64,000 nt of DNA from an uncultured Candidatus Rokubacteria bacterium (lineage in GTDB: Bacteria > Methylomirabilota > Methylomirabilia > Rokubacteriales > DASRDR01), in contig CAWDVE010000010.1 of assembly GCA_963805625.1 (NCBI GenBank), forward strand, positions 512,001-576,000, given 5' to 3'. This document shows positions 48,723 to 58,808 of this stretch, piece after piece. The notes under the pieces are model-generated. The model worked only from the letters and a program-made list of their open reading frames with translations. It did not search any database and had not been told where the DNA came from. Numbering within the stretch: the stretch's first letter is position 1; each line of letters opens with the position of its first letter. The position numbers and the translations under genes were made by a program.

Positions 48723-49146
48723 CTATCGCAGGCTTGAGTAGTACGCCGCCAGGTCCGCGAGCGTCTCCTCGGGGAGACTCTGAATCAGTAGCTTCAGGGC
48801 CTTGAGTTGAGGATCTCCCGGCCCTGACCAGGCCACCCGTCCCGGATCGCATCTGGTAGGACACCCAGGAGCGCCCGTTCGCGGGCGTGAACAGGAACTT
48901 TCCCTTGCCCGGCACCGGATCGCGGTCGATGGAGATCTCGACGGACTGGATGTAGTTGTCAGCCTCCATCGGAGGGTCGACTCCCACTCGGACGGGCACC
49001 GCGGCGGGCTCCTCGGACAGGATGGGGACCTCGAGATCGATCCGATGCTCGCGATCGGTGCCGGTTTGGGCGCCCGCCGCGCCGGGAGCCCCAAGGACGG
49101 TCACCAGGCCGCCGGACACAATGCCGAGGAAGGATCGTCGTCTCAT
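48723..49146 (-). pseudogene. Tat-exported SoxY-like N-terminus joined out of frame to a cytochrome c-like C-terminus
   Basis: MRRRSFLG; P.LSE.PA.VPV, D.DPVP, FTPANG; then other frame L.EETLADLAAYYSSL*. Confidence 0.65.
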
Positions 49147-49209
49147 GTCTTAACCCTATCGGTAATGCGACTATACCAGTAATATTGAAAAACTCAACCA
49201 ATAACGCAA

Positions 49210-50451
49210 TCAATCATCATGCTTTACGGATGTATCACTGATGAGCAGGATGATGTCAACCTCACCACCCTCGGGGATCTGGGTGTCCCCTGGAACGACG
49301 GCCAGCCCGTCAGCCAGAAGCATCGATCGGAGGATCGCTGATCCTTGCTCTCCCGTCGGTCGAGCACCGAGCCTTCCGTTCCGCGACTCGAGTCGCACGC
49401 GAAGGTAGCCGGGGCGGCTGCCGGGGTTGTCGATGGGCTCGAGGGCCCGCGCCCGGACCCGAGGCCGACCGAGGATGCGATGTCCGCCGAGTCGGCGGAG
49501 GACCGGGCGGACGAACAGCTCGAACGTCACCATCGACGATACGGGATTTCCCGGGAGCCCGAAGAAGAGGCACTCCCCGGCTCGCCCGCCAAACCGCCCG
49601 AAGGTCAGGGGCTTTCCCGGGCGCATATTCACCTTCCAGAAGTCCAAACAGGCGCCAAGCGCTTCCACGGCCTCGCGGACGAAATCGCGGTCACCCACGG
49701 ACACCCCGGCCGATGACACCAGCACGTTCGCCTCGAGTCCTCGGCGAAAGCGTTCCACGAGCTCCTCGCGCCGGTCCGGCGCGATCCCGAGGCTCAGAGG
49801 AACCGCCCCCGCCTCCACGGCGAGGCCACAGAGGGTGTACGTGTTCGAGTCCGGGATCTGGCCCGGTCCGAGCGGAGTCTCGGGGGCGACGAGCTCGTCG
49901 CCCGTGGAGAGGACGGCGACGGTCGGACGGCGGTAGACGTTCGCTCGCCCATGGCCCAGTGCCGCGAGAACCCCGAGCGCCGCCGGTCGGAGAACGGACC
50001 CGGCCTCGAGGATGCGGTCCCCGGACCGGATATCCTCGCCGCGGGGGCGCACGTACGCGCCCCGGTGGACGGCGCGCCAGAGCGAGACGTGGCCGCCATC
50101 GCGCCTCACCTCCTCCTGGGGTACGACGGCATCGCTGCCGGGCGGCAGAGGAGCGCCCGTCAAGATGCGGTAGGCCTGCCCCGGCTCGATCTGTCGCGCG
50201 GCCACCCTCCCGGCAGCGACCTCGCCCACGACCGCGAGCGCCACCGGGTGCTCCGGGCTCGCCGTCTCGGTGTCGGCCGCCCGGAGTGCGTAGCCGTCCA
50301 TCGAGGAGTTGTCCCAGGGGGGGATCTCGCGCCCCGCGACGACCGGCTCCGCGAGGACGCGCCCCAGGGCTTCTCCGAGAGGGACGCTCTCCGCGCCCAG
50401 GACCGCCACTCCGGCGAGCACACGCTCGAGGGCCTCAGCGACGGAAAGCAC
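49210..50451 (-). CDS. moeA: Molybdopterin molybdotransferase
   Basis: SSMDGYA, TGAPLP, STGDEL, GVSVG..D, PGKP, LPGNP. Confidence 0.96.
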   Translation of the reverse strand: MLSVAEALERVLAGVAVLGAESVPLGEALGRVLAEPVVAGREIPPWDNSSMDGYALRAADTETASPEHPVALAVVGEVAAGRVAARQIEPGQAYRILTGAPLPPGSDAVVPQEEVRRDGGHVSLWRAVHRGAYVRPRGEDIRSGDRILEAGSVLRPAALGVLAALGHGRANVYRRPTVAVLSTGDELVAPETPLGPGQIPDSNTYTLCGLAVEAGAVPLSLGIAPDRREELVERFRRGLEANVLVSSAGVSVGDRDFVREAVEALGACLDFWKVNMRPGKPLTFGRFGGRAGECLFFGLPGNPVSSMVTFELFVRPVLRRLGGHRILGRPRVRARALEPIDNPGSRPGYLRVRLESRNGRLGARPTGEQGSAILRSMLLADGLAVVPGDTQIPEGGEVDIILLISDTSVKHDD

Positions 50452-50527
50452 GCTCTGCTCCTCTGGTCAAACGGGAAGGGTCGAGCTCCGCCGTCAGTGT
50501 AGCGCGACCTCCGGACGGTCGGCCAGG

Positions 50528-52051
50528 CTAGCGGTAGGGACGCTCCCACCGGAATCGATAGAGACGCCGGATCGGCTGGGACGCGCATCGCCCTCGATCC
50601 ATGCGGACGTCGACCAGGAAGAGGTTCCGCCCGCGGTCATGGCCGGCGGCCATCGCCCGCTCCATGTCGAAGCACTGGCTGAGCCACCGATCGCTGGCGA
50701 GGAGCCAGCGATCCGGAGCTTCCCGGAGCCACATCAATGCCTGCCCGACCTGATCCGGGCCGCCGCGGTATCCGAAGTGCACAATCGGATTCTGAGCGAA
50801 GAGCCACTCGCCATCGCGCCACTGGACCAGCGCCACCTCCCGCTCGGGCCCGATCCGGCGCGCAACGGCGGCCATCACGGCGCGCCGGGGGTAGTCGTCC
50901 GCCCTCACGAGAGGCTCAGCGAAGCCCCAGGCGATCATCGCGAGGAGCCAGGCGGCCGCTCCGGCCCGGACGAGACGGCGGCGTCCCCCTGTCGACGCGA
51001 ACCGGCGCACGAGCGCGACGATCCCGGGCGCCGTCGCGAGGGCGAGCGCTGGGACCGCTGGATAGATATAGAGACTCCGCTTGCCGCTGCTCAGGCTGAA
51101 GAAGGTCACAACGAGGACGACCCAGCCCAGCAGGAGCAGGGTGCGTCCATCGCCCCGCCTGAGCCGACGTCGCCATACCGGGGCCAGCCACGGCAGGCCG
51201 GCGACGATGGGGAGCCAGACGACCGGAATGACCTCGACCAGGAAGTACCAGAACGGCTCGCGGTGCTGCCACGCCGCGACCATTCGCCCCGCGGTCTGGG
51301 TGACCAGAAGGTTCCGCGCGTATGCATGGAGCGTCGAGTCGCCGGAACCAGCCACCCGGACGAGTAACGGGCCCAGCCAGACCGCCACGGTGCCGAGCAA
51401 GAGCGCCGGCCCGATGACCCACCGCTGATCCGATGGCGCGATGGGCACGAGACGCCTGAACCCGCGCCACCGCCCGTACAGGTAGGGTCCGATGAGGAGG
51501 AGGGGCAGGAAGCCCACTCCCTTCGTCATCACGCCCAGGCCCATGGCCACCGACGCCACCCCGTACCAGCCCCAGGCCGGGCCCGCGGCCAGGTGACGGA
51601 GGAGCCCGTACAGGCCGAGGGTGGTCCACAGAATGAGGAGGGCATCCGTCTGCCCCGCCTTCAGCACGAGCAGGCTCTGGATGACGGCGAGAAACAGGAG
51701 GCCGGCCACGAGGCCGACGCGTCGACTCCAGAGCCGTCGCCCGAGATCGTAGACGGCGAGCGTGCAGCCGATGGCGGCCAGGAGTCCGGGCAGCCGGAAG
51801 GCCACGCGGGGGGATCCCGTCACCAGGTGCACGAGGGCCACGAGCCACACGAAGAGGGGCGGCTTGTCGGGATACGGCTGGCCGGCCCGGTGGAGGATCA
51901 GCCAGGAGCCATCCTGGAGCATCTCCAGGGCGACCCCGAGGAACCGCTCCTCGTCAACGCCCCACGGATCCCTGAGGCCGATGCCGGCGCCCACCAGGAG
52001 GAGGGCCAGGCCGGTCAGGAGCAGGTGATGGCGACGAGCTCCGGAGCGCAC
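50528..52051 (-). CDS. ArnT/PMT-family (GT39/83-like) membrane glycosyltransferase
   Basis: DEERF, YPDKPPL, TKG, H.EPFWY, KRSLY. Confidence 0.9.
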   Translation of the reverse strand: MRSGARRHHLLLTGLALLLVGAGIGLRDPWGVDEERFLGVALEMLQDGSWLILHRAGQPYPDKPPLFVWLVALVHLVTGSPRVAFRLPGLLAAIGCTLAVYDLGRRLWSRRVGLVAGLLFLAVIQSLLVLKAGQTDALLILWTTLGLYGLLRHLAAGPAWGWYGVASVAMGLGVMTKGVGFLPLLLIGPYLYGRWRGFRRLVPIAPSDQRWVIGPALLLGTVAVWLGPLLVRVAGSGDSTLHAYARNLLVTQTAGRMVAAWQHREPFWYFLVEVIPVVWLPIVAGLPWLAPVWRRRLRRGDGRTLLLLGWVVLVVTFFSLSSGKRSLYIYPAVPALALATAPGIVALVRRFASTGGRRRLVRAGAAAWLLAMIAWGFAEPLVRADDYPRRAVMAAVARRIGPEREVALVQWRDGEWLFAQNPIVHFGYRGGPDQVGQALMWLREAPDRWLLASDRWLSQCFDMERAMAAGHDRGRNLFLVDVRMDRGRCASQPIRRLYRFRWERPYR

Positions 52052-52126
52052 GGCTATGGGACCAGGACAAGGCTACTCACCGCCCCATCGGGCGGCAAGC
52101 ACCGGACGAGGGCCGCTCTCCGGGTC

Positions 52127-53287
52127 CTACGCCTCCCCGCGGGGCGCCAAGCCGAACCGCGGCACGAAGATGCGGAACGAGAGGACGAAGAGCGCGCCGA
52201 ACCCGAGGGTCATCAGGAGCGCGAGGAGGACGTCGGCCGCTCCGTAGGAAGCGATCCCCGGCTGGAGCGTCGAAGGCAGCACCAGGACGATCCGCTCGAG
52301 GAAGACCGCGATCAGGGAGAGGCAGGAGATGGCCACGAGGACCCGGTGCCCCTCCGGCGGGCGCCCGGTGAGGCGCGCGAGAAGGTACGAGAACGGGATC
52401 ACCCAGCCGATGAAGAACGCGCCGATCGCCAGGCACCGCCAGGGATCCGCGAAGAACCGCGCCAGGACGTACCGGGTCTCGATCGGCACGTTGCCGTACC
52501 AGATGACCAGGTACTGCGACCAGAAGAAGTACATCCACAGGACCGACGTGGTGAAGACGAGCTTCGCGAGGTCCTGCATCTCCTTCGGGGGCACGACCCA
52601 GCCCGGCCGTCCGAAGCTGTAGAGCCCCGTGAGGAGCACGAGGAACGCGAAACCCGAGTAGAGCATCCCCACCACCACGTAGCCCCCGAGGAGCCCGCTG
52701 AACCAGTGGGGATCGAGCGACATCACGAGGTCGTAGCCGAGGAGCGAGCCGACGATGACGAACAGGAAGAGGAGCCACACGGCGAGACGTGCCCGCTCCG
52801 CCCGCCCAGGCTCCTCGGAGGCTCCTGCCCGCGAGCCGTGGACGGCCTTCGCGAAGCGGACGCTCACCCAGTAGAGCGCGCCCACCCCGACGATCGTCCG
52901 CAGGACGAAGAAGGGGATGTTGAGCCACGCCGCCTTCTTGGGAATCGGCACGGTCACCCACGGGTACAGGGCCCGGAGGCCGACCATCAGCAAGAGGAAC
53001 AGCACGAAGGACACGGGCATGAAGGCGACTGTGGTCGTCGCGATCCGCCGGAGATGCGCCGCCCATCGCGCCTCGGTGAGCTCGAGGATCCCCGCGATCG
53101 CCGGGCCGGCGGCCGACAGCCCCGACCAGAACAGGAGGTTCGCGAGAAAGACGGCCCAGGCGTGCGTCCCCGATCCCGCCGCCAGGGCGATCAGGAAGCT
53201 CAGCGCCCCGAGGGCGACGAGCCCCCCCAGCACAAGGCCGGTCTTCCCCTTCAGATCTTGCCCCGGGCTCACGACGGGCGCGCTCAT
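52127..53287 (-). CDS. actF: Alternative complex III subunit F
   Basis: NrfD-like multi-TM; D.VMSLDPHWFS, QYLVIWYGN.P.E. Confidence 0.85.
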   Translation of the reverse strand: MSAPVVSPGQDLKGKTGLVLGGLVALGALSFLIALAAGSGTHAWAVFLANLLFWSGLSAAGPAIAGILELTEARWAAHLRRIATTTVAFMPVSFVLFLLLMVGLRALYPWVTVPIPKKAAWLNIPFFVLRTIVGVGALYWVSVRFAKAVHGSRAGASEEPGRAERARLAVWLLFLFVIVGSLLGYDLVMSLDPHWFSGLLGGYVVVGMLYSGFAFLVLLTGLYSFGRPGWVVPPKEMQDLAKLVFTTSVLWMYFFWSQYLVIWYGNVPIETRYVLARFFADPWRCLAIGAFFIGWVIPFSYLLARLTGRPPEGHRVLVAISCLSLIAVFLERIVLVLPSTLQPGIASYGAADVLLALLMTLGFGALFVLSFRIFVPRFGLAPRGEA

Positions 53288-53778
53288 CCCTTCTTCGCCA
53301 GGGCGCGGAGGTGGTTCACGATGTCCCACCTGTCCGTCACCGAGAGGGCATCACCGTAGGCCGGCATGATCGCGCCACCGTAGCCGATGTAGTAGGAGAA
53401 GTGCCCGTCGGACTTGGCCTGCACCGGCTGGCTCGTCAGGTCGGGCGGCGGGATGAACCGCGGGGTCACCAAGCCGTCACCCTTGCCGGCCGGCCCGTGG
53501 CAGGGGGTGCAGTAGATGTCGAAGAGCTTCTTCCCGCGTGCGAGCGACTGGGCGTCGGGGGCGACCGGGTTCTTCCGCGTCGTGTACGTCTCGCGCGCGA
53601 CCACCAACTCCGACCCCTCCCGTGGGACCGTGCCGGGCGGCTGGGCCATCGTCACCTGGCCGGGAACCAGCTTCACGTCGTTCTGCATGCTGGTGGTCCA
53701 GCGGTAGACGACGAGGCCCCCCATCACGCCGGCGGCCGCGCCGACGACCAGGAGGCACAGCAGGAACACCCACTTCAT
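53284..53778 (-). CDS. actE: Alternative complex III monoheme cytochrome c
   Basis: P.GTVPR, single CTPCH, MPAY. Confidence 0.85.
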   Translation of the reverse strand: MKWVFLLCLLVVGAAAGVMGGLVVYRWTTSMQNDVKLVPGQVTMAQPPGTVPREGSELVVARETYTTRKNPVAPDAQSLARGKKLFDIYCTPCHGPAGKGDGLVTPRFIPPPDLTSQPVQAKSDGHFSYYIGYGGAIMPAYGDALSVTDRWDIVNHLRALAKKG

Positions 53779-54284
53779 GCCCGGACCTCCTCGGCGCCCG
53801 CGCCTCGAAGGAGGTCCTCGACGGCACGGCGCTCGGCAGCCTCGCACGTCACCTCGACGCCGAAGCGGTCCGCGCTGAACCGGGTATCGTACCGGGGCGA
53901 GACTTTGAAACTCGGCAGCCGGGCCGTGATCAGGAGCCCGAGGAGCGTGCAGAGCCCGCCGAGCAGGATCGTCAGCTCGTAGGCGATGGGCACGAACGGC
54001 GGGATCGAGACCACCGGCTTACCCCCGGTGATCAGGTTCCACTTGAGCGCCGTCCAGATCGTCAGCGCGAAGCCGCTGGCCGTCCCGGTCAGGGCGCCCA
54101 CCAGCGTAAAGAGCCGGACTGGGCTCCGTGGCAGTCCGTGCCCGGTCAGTGCCTCCTCGAACTCGTCGAGGGGCACCGGGCTGTACGTCGCGATCGAGCG
54201 CATCCCCCGCGCTCGGAGCTCGCGGATCGCCCGGGTGGCGGTGTCGACGTGCGCGAAAACGCCGAGGACCGTCGCGGCCGGCAT
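53775..54284 (-). CDS. actD: Alternative complex III subunit D (DUF3341)
   Basis: YSPVP, GGKP..S.P.F.PI.YELT, D.RFS.DRF. Confidence 0.88.
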   Translation of the reverse strand: MPAATVLGVFAHVDTATRAIRELRARGMRSIATYSPVPLDEFEEALTGHGLPRSPVRLFTLVGALTGTASGFALTIWTALKWNLITGGKPVVSIPPFVPIAYELTILLGGLCTLLGLLITARLPSFKVSPRYDTRFSADRFGVEVTCEAAERRAVEDLLRGAGAEEVRA

Positions 54285-55654
54285 CAGTGGGCGTCACCGT
54301 CCCGCACCGGATGGGGGATGGTCTCCTTCACCTCGACGATCGACATCGATGGCATCACCTTGATGAACCCCAGGAAGAGGATGAAGAACCAGGCGAAGCT
54401 CCCGATGACGATGCCGCTGTCGACCAGCGTCGGGATGTAGGCGCCGAACGTGTACGGGTAAAACCCGTGGGCGAGGCCGGGGACGATGATGTTGAAACGC
54501 TCGAACCACATGCCGATCAGCACAAGGATCGACACGATGTAGAGTGTGGGCACGTGCGTCCGCGCGCGCCGCCGGAAGAACACCAGCGGCGCCGCGCTAT
54601 TGCAGAAGAGTTGAAGCCACCACCACGGCGCGTAGACGCCGACCCACTTGAAGAGGTACGAGGCCCGCTCTATTGGCTCGCCGCTGTACCAGGCGGTGAA
54701 GCCCTCGCACGCGTAGAAGTAGGTCAGCACCAGACTGGTGGCCAGGATCAGCTTCGCCATGCTGTCGAGATGTCGGTCCGTGATGTACGCGTACAGGTTG
54801 AAAAAATACCGCATGGGGATGAGGAGCACGAGGACCATGGCGAAGCCGGAAAAGATGGCGCCGTCGACGAAGAATGGCGCGAAGAGGGTCGAGTGCCAGC
54901 CTGGGACCAACGCCATGGCGAAGTCCCAAGACACCACGCTGTGGACGGACACTACTAGCGGGGTCGCGAGGCCCGCGAAGAGACCGTACGCCCGTCGGTA
55001 GTGGCGCCACTGGCGGTCGGTGCCCTGCCAACCCATCGCCAGGACCGCGTAGATACGCTGCTTCCAGCCGGTGGCGGCATCCCGCAGCGCGGCGATGTCC
55101 GGCACCAGGCCGACGATGAAGAACAGGGCGCTGATGGTGAGGTACGTCGAGATCGCGAACACGTCCCAGACGAGGGGGGACCGGAAGTTCGGCCACAGGA
55201 ACCGCTCGTTCGGGTACGGAATGAGCCAGTACGCGTACCACATGCGGCCGGCGTGGATCACCGGGAACAACCCGGCCGTGAGGACCGCAAAGATGGTCAT
55301 CGCCTCGGAACCGCGGTAGATCGACATCCGCCACTTCGCGCGGAACAGGTACAGGATCGCCGAGATCAGCGTGCCCGCGTGGCCAATGCCGATCCAGAAG
55401 ACGAAAGTCGTGATGTACATCGCCCACATCTGAGGATTGCGCTTGCCCGCCATCCCCATGCCGAAGTAGACCTGCAGGACCCAGCAGGTGATCCCACCGG
55501 CCAGGATGAGGGCGATGAACGACATCCAACCGAAGTAGGTCGACCCCGGAAACTCGAGCGTCCGGAGAACGTCCCGGTTGACGTCGGCAAAGGTCGGGGA
55601 GACCCCACCGGCGATGGGGCGGGCCGGACGCTCGGCGCTGCTCGGCACGCTCAC
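54284..55654 (-). CDS. actC: Alternative complex III NrfD-family subunit C
   Basis: FVFWIGIGHAGTLISA, NFRSPLVWD, SVHSVVS.DFA. Confidence 0.92.
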   Translation of the reverse strand: MSVPSSAERPARPIAGGVSPTFADVNRDVLRTLEFPGSTYFGWMSFIALILAGGITCWVLQVYFGMGMAGKRNPQMWAMYITTFVFWIGIGHAGTLISAILYLFRAKWRMSIYRGSEAMTIFAVLTAGLFPVIHAGRMWYAYWLIPYPNERFLWPNFRSPLVWDVFAISTYLTISALFFIVGLVPDIAALRDAATGWKQRIYAVLAMGWQGTDRQWRHYRRAYGLFAGLATPLVVSVHSVVSWDFAMALVPGWHSTLFAPFFVDGAIFSGFAMVLVLLIPMRYFFNLYAYITDRHLDSMAKLILATSLVLTYFYACEGFTAWYSGEPIERASYLFKWVGVYAPWWWLQLFCNSAAPLVFFRRRARTHVPTLYIVSILVLIGMWFERFNIIVPGLAHGFYPYTFGAYIPTLVDSGIVIGSFAWFFILFLGFIKVMPSMSIVEVKETIPHPVRDGDAH

Positions 55655-58600
55655 GTGGGCACCTCTCGCAGGATCTTCCGGAGGTACGTCACTGCCGGAC
55701 GCGTCCCCAGCTCGCCGAGGACGTGGTAGCCGCGCGCGGACGTCGAGAAGCGGGAGACACGGCTCTGGCCGTCCTTGAGGTCCCCGAACGTGATCGCCTG
55801 CGTCGGGCACGTCTGCTGGCAGGCGGTCTGGATCTCCCCGTCTCGCGGGAGCCGACCCTCGTCACGGGCGCGGTCGCGACCGGCGATGATCCGCTGCACG
55901 CACATCGTGCACTTCTCCATGACGCCGCGATCGCGGACGGCGACGTCCGGGTTGAGCTGGAGGTTCATCGGCGCCGGCCACTCGTAGCGGTACCAGTTGA
56001 ACCGCCGGACCATGTACGGGCAGTTGTTCCCGCAGTACCGGGTGCCGACGCACCGGTTGTAGATCTGCGCGTTGAGCCCGTCCGCCGTGTGGTACGCGGC
56101 GAACACCGGGCACACCGGCTCGCACGGCGCCACTTCGCAGTGCTGGCAGAGCATCGGGAGGAACCGCGCATCGGGCCGCCTGGCGGCGGGCGCCTCGGCC
56201 GCATGCGCGACGCCGATCGTGCCGGGCAGCGCCGCGTGTTCCGTGGCCGCCGTCTCTCCGTGACCGCGGTCCCACCACCGCTCGACGCGGAGCCACTGGA
56301 TGCTCCGGCCGTAGTCGATGTTGCCCTTGCCCACCGAGGGGACGTTGTTCTCGGCCTGGCAGGCCACGACGCAGGCCTGGCAGCCGGTGCAGGCGTCGAG
56401 GTCGATCGCCATCCCCCAGCGGTTCTGCGGGTACTTGAGGTCGGGGTACATGGAGGGCAGGTTTGCGTGTTCCGGCGCCTTGCCGCCTCGCTCGAGCTTG
56501 ACCGCCTCCGCGAGCCCGACCGTCTCGAAGATCTCCCGCGAGTGGTCGATCTCCGTCACGCCGGCCGGGGAGGCGAGCTTGTCGCGCCGCCCGGTCTTCT
56601 GGAGACGGACGCGGACACCCAGCCAGCGGCGACCGCCGGACCCCGCGGTCGGCTCGGCCGGCAGGAGGGCGTAGGGACTCTGGCCGACGCCCCGGGCGAA
56701 CCGCCCGTACGCGGTATGCCCGAGCCCGGTCGGAATCGCCACCGCGCCTGCGGCCAGGGTCTCCGAGACGTACGCCGGCGCCTCGAGGGCACCGTGAGGC
56801 GACTCCACCCGCAGCACGTCACCGGACTGGACGCCGAGGCTTCGGGCCGTCTCCGCCGGGACCTCGACCCAGCTCCCGTAGACCACCTGGGTCATGGGAT
56901 CGGGCGCCTCGTGGAGCCACACCTTGTTGGCGCCGCGACCGTCGTAGTAGCGCGAAGACGGGACGACCAGGAGGACGGGGTCGGTCGCGCTTCCCTCGAG
57001 AGCCGGCGCCTGGGAAGACACCTTCACGCCCGCGCGGAGTGCGACCTTCGTGGCCGGCACGTCCGCCCAGTAGCCCCCCCGGCGAAGCGCGTCCTCCCAG
57101 AACTCGTCGAACACCGCCTTGGGTGCCACGGCCTTGGCCATGGCGCGCCAGGACTCGCGGAGATAGTCGGCAAAGGTCTTCGCCTGGAAGACGGTCTTCT
57201 CCGAGCCCGGGACCAAGGCCCGTCCGGTATCCAGCAGGAGGTCGCCGGTCGGCTTCGTCTCGACACCGGGGAACGTCTCGGGAGCCCGTCGACCCAGCGC
57301 GTCCCGGACCGCCTGGAGCTGAGGCAGGTCGAGGGCGTCGGGGTTCGTGGGGCCGACCTTCGGCACCGGCGCCATCGCCGGCTGGAGGAGTCCCCACACG
57401 CCGTCCCGTGGCGAGTAGTCGCCCCAGGATTCGAGCGGCGTGAGATCGGGAATCACGAGGTGGGCACGGGCGGCGGTCTCGTCCATGTGGCTCGAGAGGC
57501 TCACCACGAACGGGACCTTGGCGAGCGCCTCGGCGAACGCGGCGCGCGCCGGGAGCGTGAAGGCGGGGTTCGCGTCCTTCACGATAAGCACGGCGATCTC
57601 GCCCTGGGCCATCGCCTTCGTCAGCGCGAGCACGTCCGCGTACCGGCTCGCTCGCGAGAGAGCCGAGTTCGGCCCGAAGCGGACGGTCCGTCCCACGTTC
57701 CCGAGGGCGTAGTTGAGGAGGTTCACGGCGATCGCGGCGTCGGCGCCGCCCGGTCCGCTCACCGCCACGCCGCCCGACACGACGAGGCTCGGCGCGCCCT
57801 TGACCAGGGCCTCGGCCAGGAGCTTCAGCTTGGCTGCCGGGATCCCGCTCTGCTTGGCGACCGTCTCGACGTCCACCGTCCGGGCGGCCGCCGTGAGGGC
57901 CTCGAGCTCCTTGGCCGGCAGGGCCGGGATCTGGCGCGCCTCGAGGCAAAGGCGCAGCAGGGCGAGCGCGATCGCCCCCTCCGCGCCCGGCAGGCTCGCG
58001 ATCCACTCGTCGGCGTTGGCCGCCGTCATCGAGTATCGCGGCTCGACGTGGATCACGCGGGCGAAGTGCTCCTCGCGAAGCGCGTGCGCCCGCCGGAACG
58101 CCGCCGTGTATCCCACCGGCGAGACCCACGTCTCGAGGAAGTCCGCGCCGAGGGACAGGATCGTCCGCGCGTCCTCGAACGCGTGATAGGGGATCGCGTC
58201 GATCCCGAACACGGCCTGGCTCGCCGCCCGGAGATCCTCGTGCGCGAACGTCTCGTACGAGACGCGTGGACGGCCGCCGACCGCCTTCAGCCACTCGTCC
58301 GCCAAGCGGCCGAGGCTGCCGGTCTCGAGCTGCGTCAGCATCGCGATCCGGCCAGCGCCTGCCTGGCGCGCGGCCGCGATCTTGTCGACGAGGAGCTTCT
58401 GCGCGTCGGCGATCGGAACCGGGCGCCAGGTCTCTCCTTCGCGGACGCGCGGACCGGGGACGCGATCCGGGTCGTATGTCGAGAGGAGACCCGCCTGACC
58501 GCTCGCGCAGAGGGCCCCCCGGTTCACCGGGTGGTCGGGATTGCCCTCCAGCTTCACGATCCGGCCTTCCCGGCTCTTCGCCAGGACCCCGCAGCCCGCT

Positions 58601-58797
58601 GGGCACTCGCGGCACACGGTCGCGAACCAAGTCGCCGCCCCCGGGACGATGTGCTCGGCCGGGATGACGTAGGGCAGGATCGCCTCGGTCGTCTTGCCGC
58701 AGCCCGCGGCCGCCGCCGCCGCCGCGCCGCTCACGCCGACGATCCGGAAGAAGCCCCGGCGATCCATCCCTGCTGTCCCCTGCTGTCCGTCTGGCAT
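55651..58797 (-). CDS. actB: Alternative complex III subunit B (molybdopterin-oxidoreductase-like plus Fe-S domain)
   Basis: Tat DRRGFF; CRECPAGC; C-terminal CTGCQAC, CQHC..APC..VCP, CVGTRYC.NNCP, KCTMC. Confidence 0.92.
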   Translation of the reverse strand: MPDGQQGTAGMDRRGFFRIVGVSGAAAAAAAGCGKTTEAILPYVIPAEHIVPGAATWFATVCRECPAGCGVLAKSREGRIVKLEGNPDHPVNRGALCASGQAGLLSTYDPDRVPGPRVREGETWRPVPIADAQKLLVDKIAAARQAGAGRIAMLTQLETGSLGRLADEWLKAVGGRPRVSYETFAHEDLRAASQAVFGIDAIPYHAFEDARTILSLGADFLETWVSPVGYTAAFRRAHALREEHFARVIHVEPRYSMTAANADEWIASLPGAEGAIALALLRLCLEARQIPALPAKELEALTAAARTVDVETVAKQSGIPAAKLKLLAEALVKGAPSLVVSGGVAVSGPGGADAAIAVNLLNYALGNVGRTVRFGPNSALSRASRYADVLALTKAMAQGEIAVLIVKDANPAFTLPARAAFAEALAKVPFVVSLSSHMDETAARAHLVIPDLTPLESWGDYSPRDGVWGLLQPAMAPVPKVGPTNPDALDLPQLQAVRDALGRRAPETFPGVETKPTGDLLLDTGRALVPGSEKTVFQAKTFADYLRESWRAMAKAVAPKAVFDEFWEDALRRGGYWADVPATKVALRAGVKVSSQAPALEGSATDPVLLVVPSSRYYDGRGANKVWLHEAPDPMTQVVYGSWVEVPAETARSLGVQSGDVLRVESPHGALEAPAYVSETLAAGAVAIPTGLGHTAYGRFARGVGQSPYALLPAEPTAGSGGRRWLGVRVRLQKTGRRDKLASPAGVTEIDHSREIFETVGLAEAVKLERGGKAPEHANLPSMYPDLKYPQNRWGMAIDLDACTGCQACVVACQAENNVPSVGKGNIDYGRSIQWLRVERWWDRGHGETAATEHAALPGTIGVAHAAEAPAARRPDARFLPMLCQHCEVAPCEPVCPVFAAYHTADGLNAQIYNRCVGTRYCGNNCPYMVRRFNWYRYEWPAPMNLQLNPDVAVRDRGVMEKCTMCVQRIIAGRDRARDEGRLPRDGEIQTACQQTCPTQAITFGDLKDGQSRVSRFSTSARGYHVLGELGTRPAVTYLRKILREVPT

Positions 58798-58808
58798 CCC
58801 GCGCTCCG

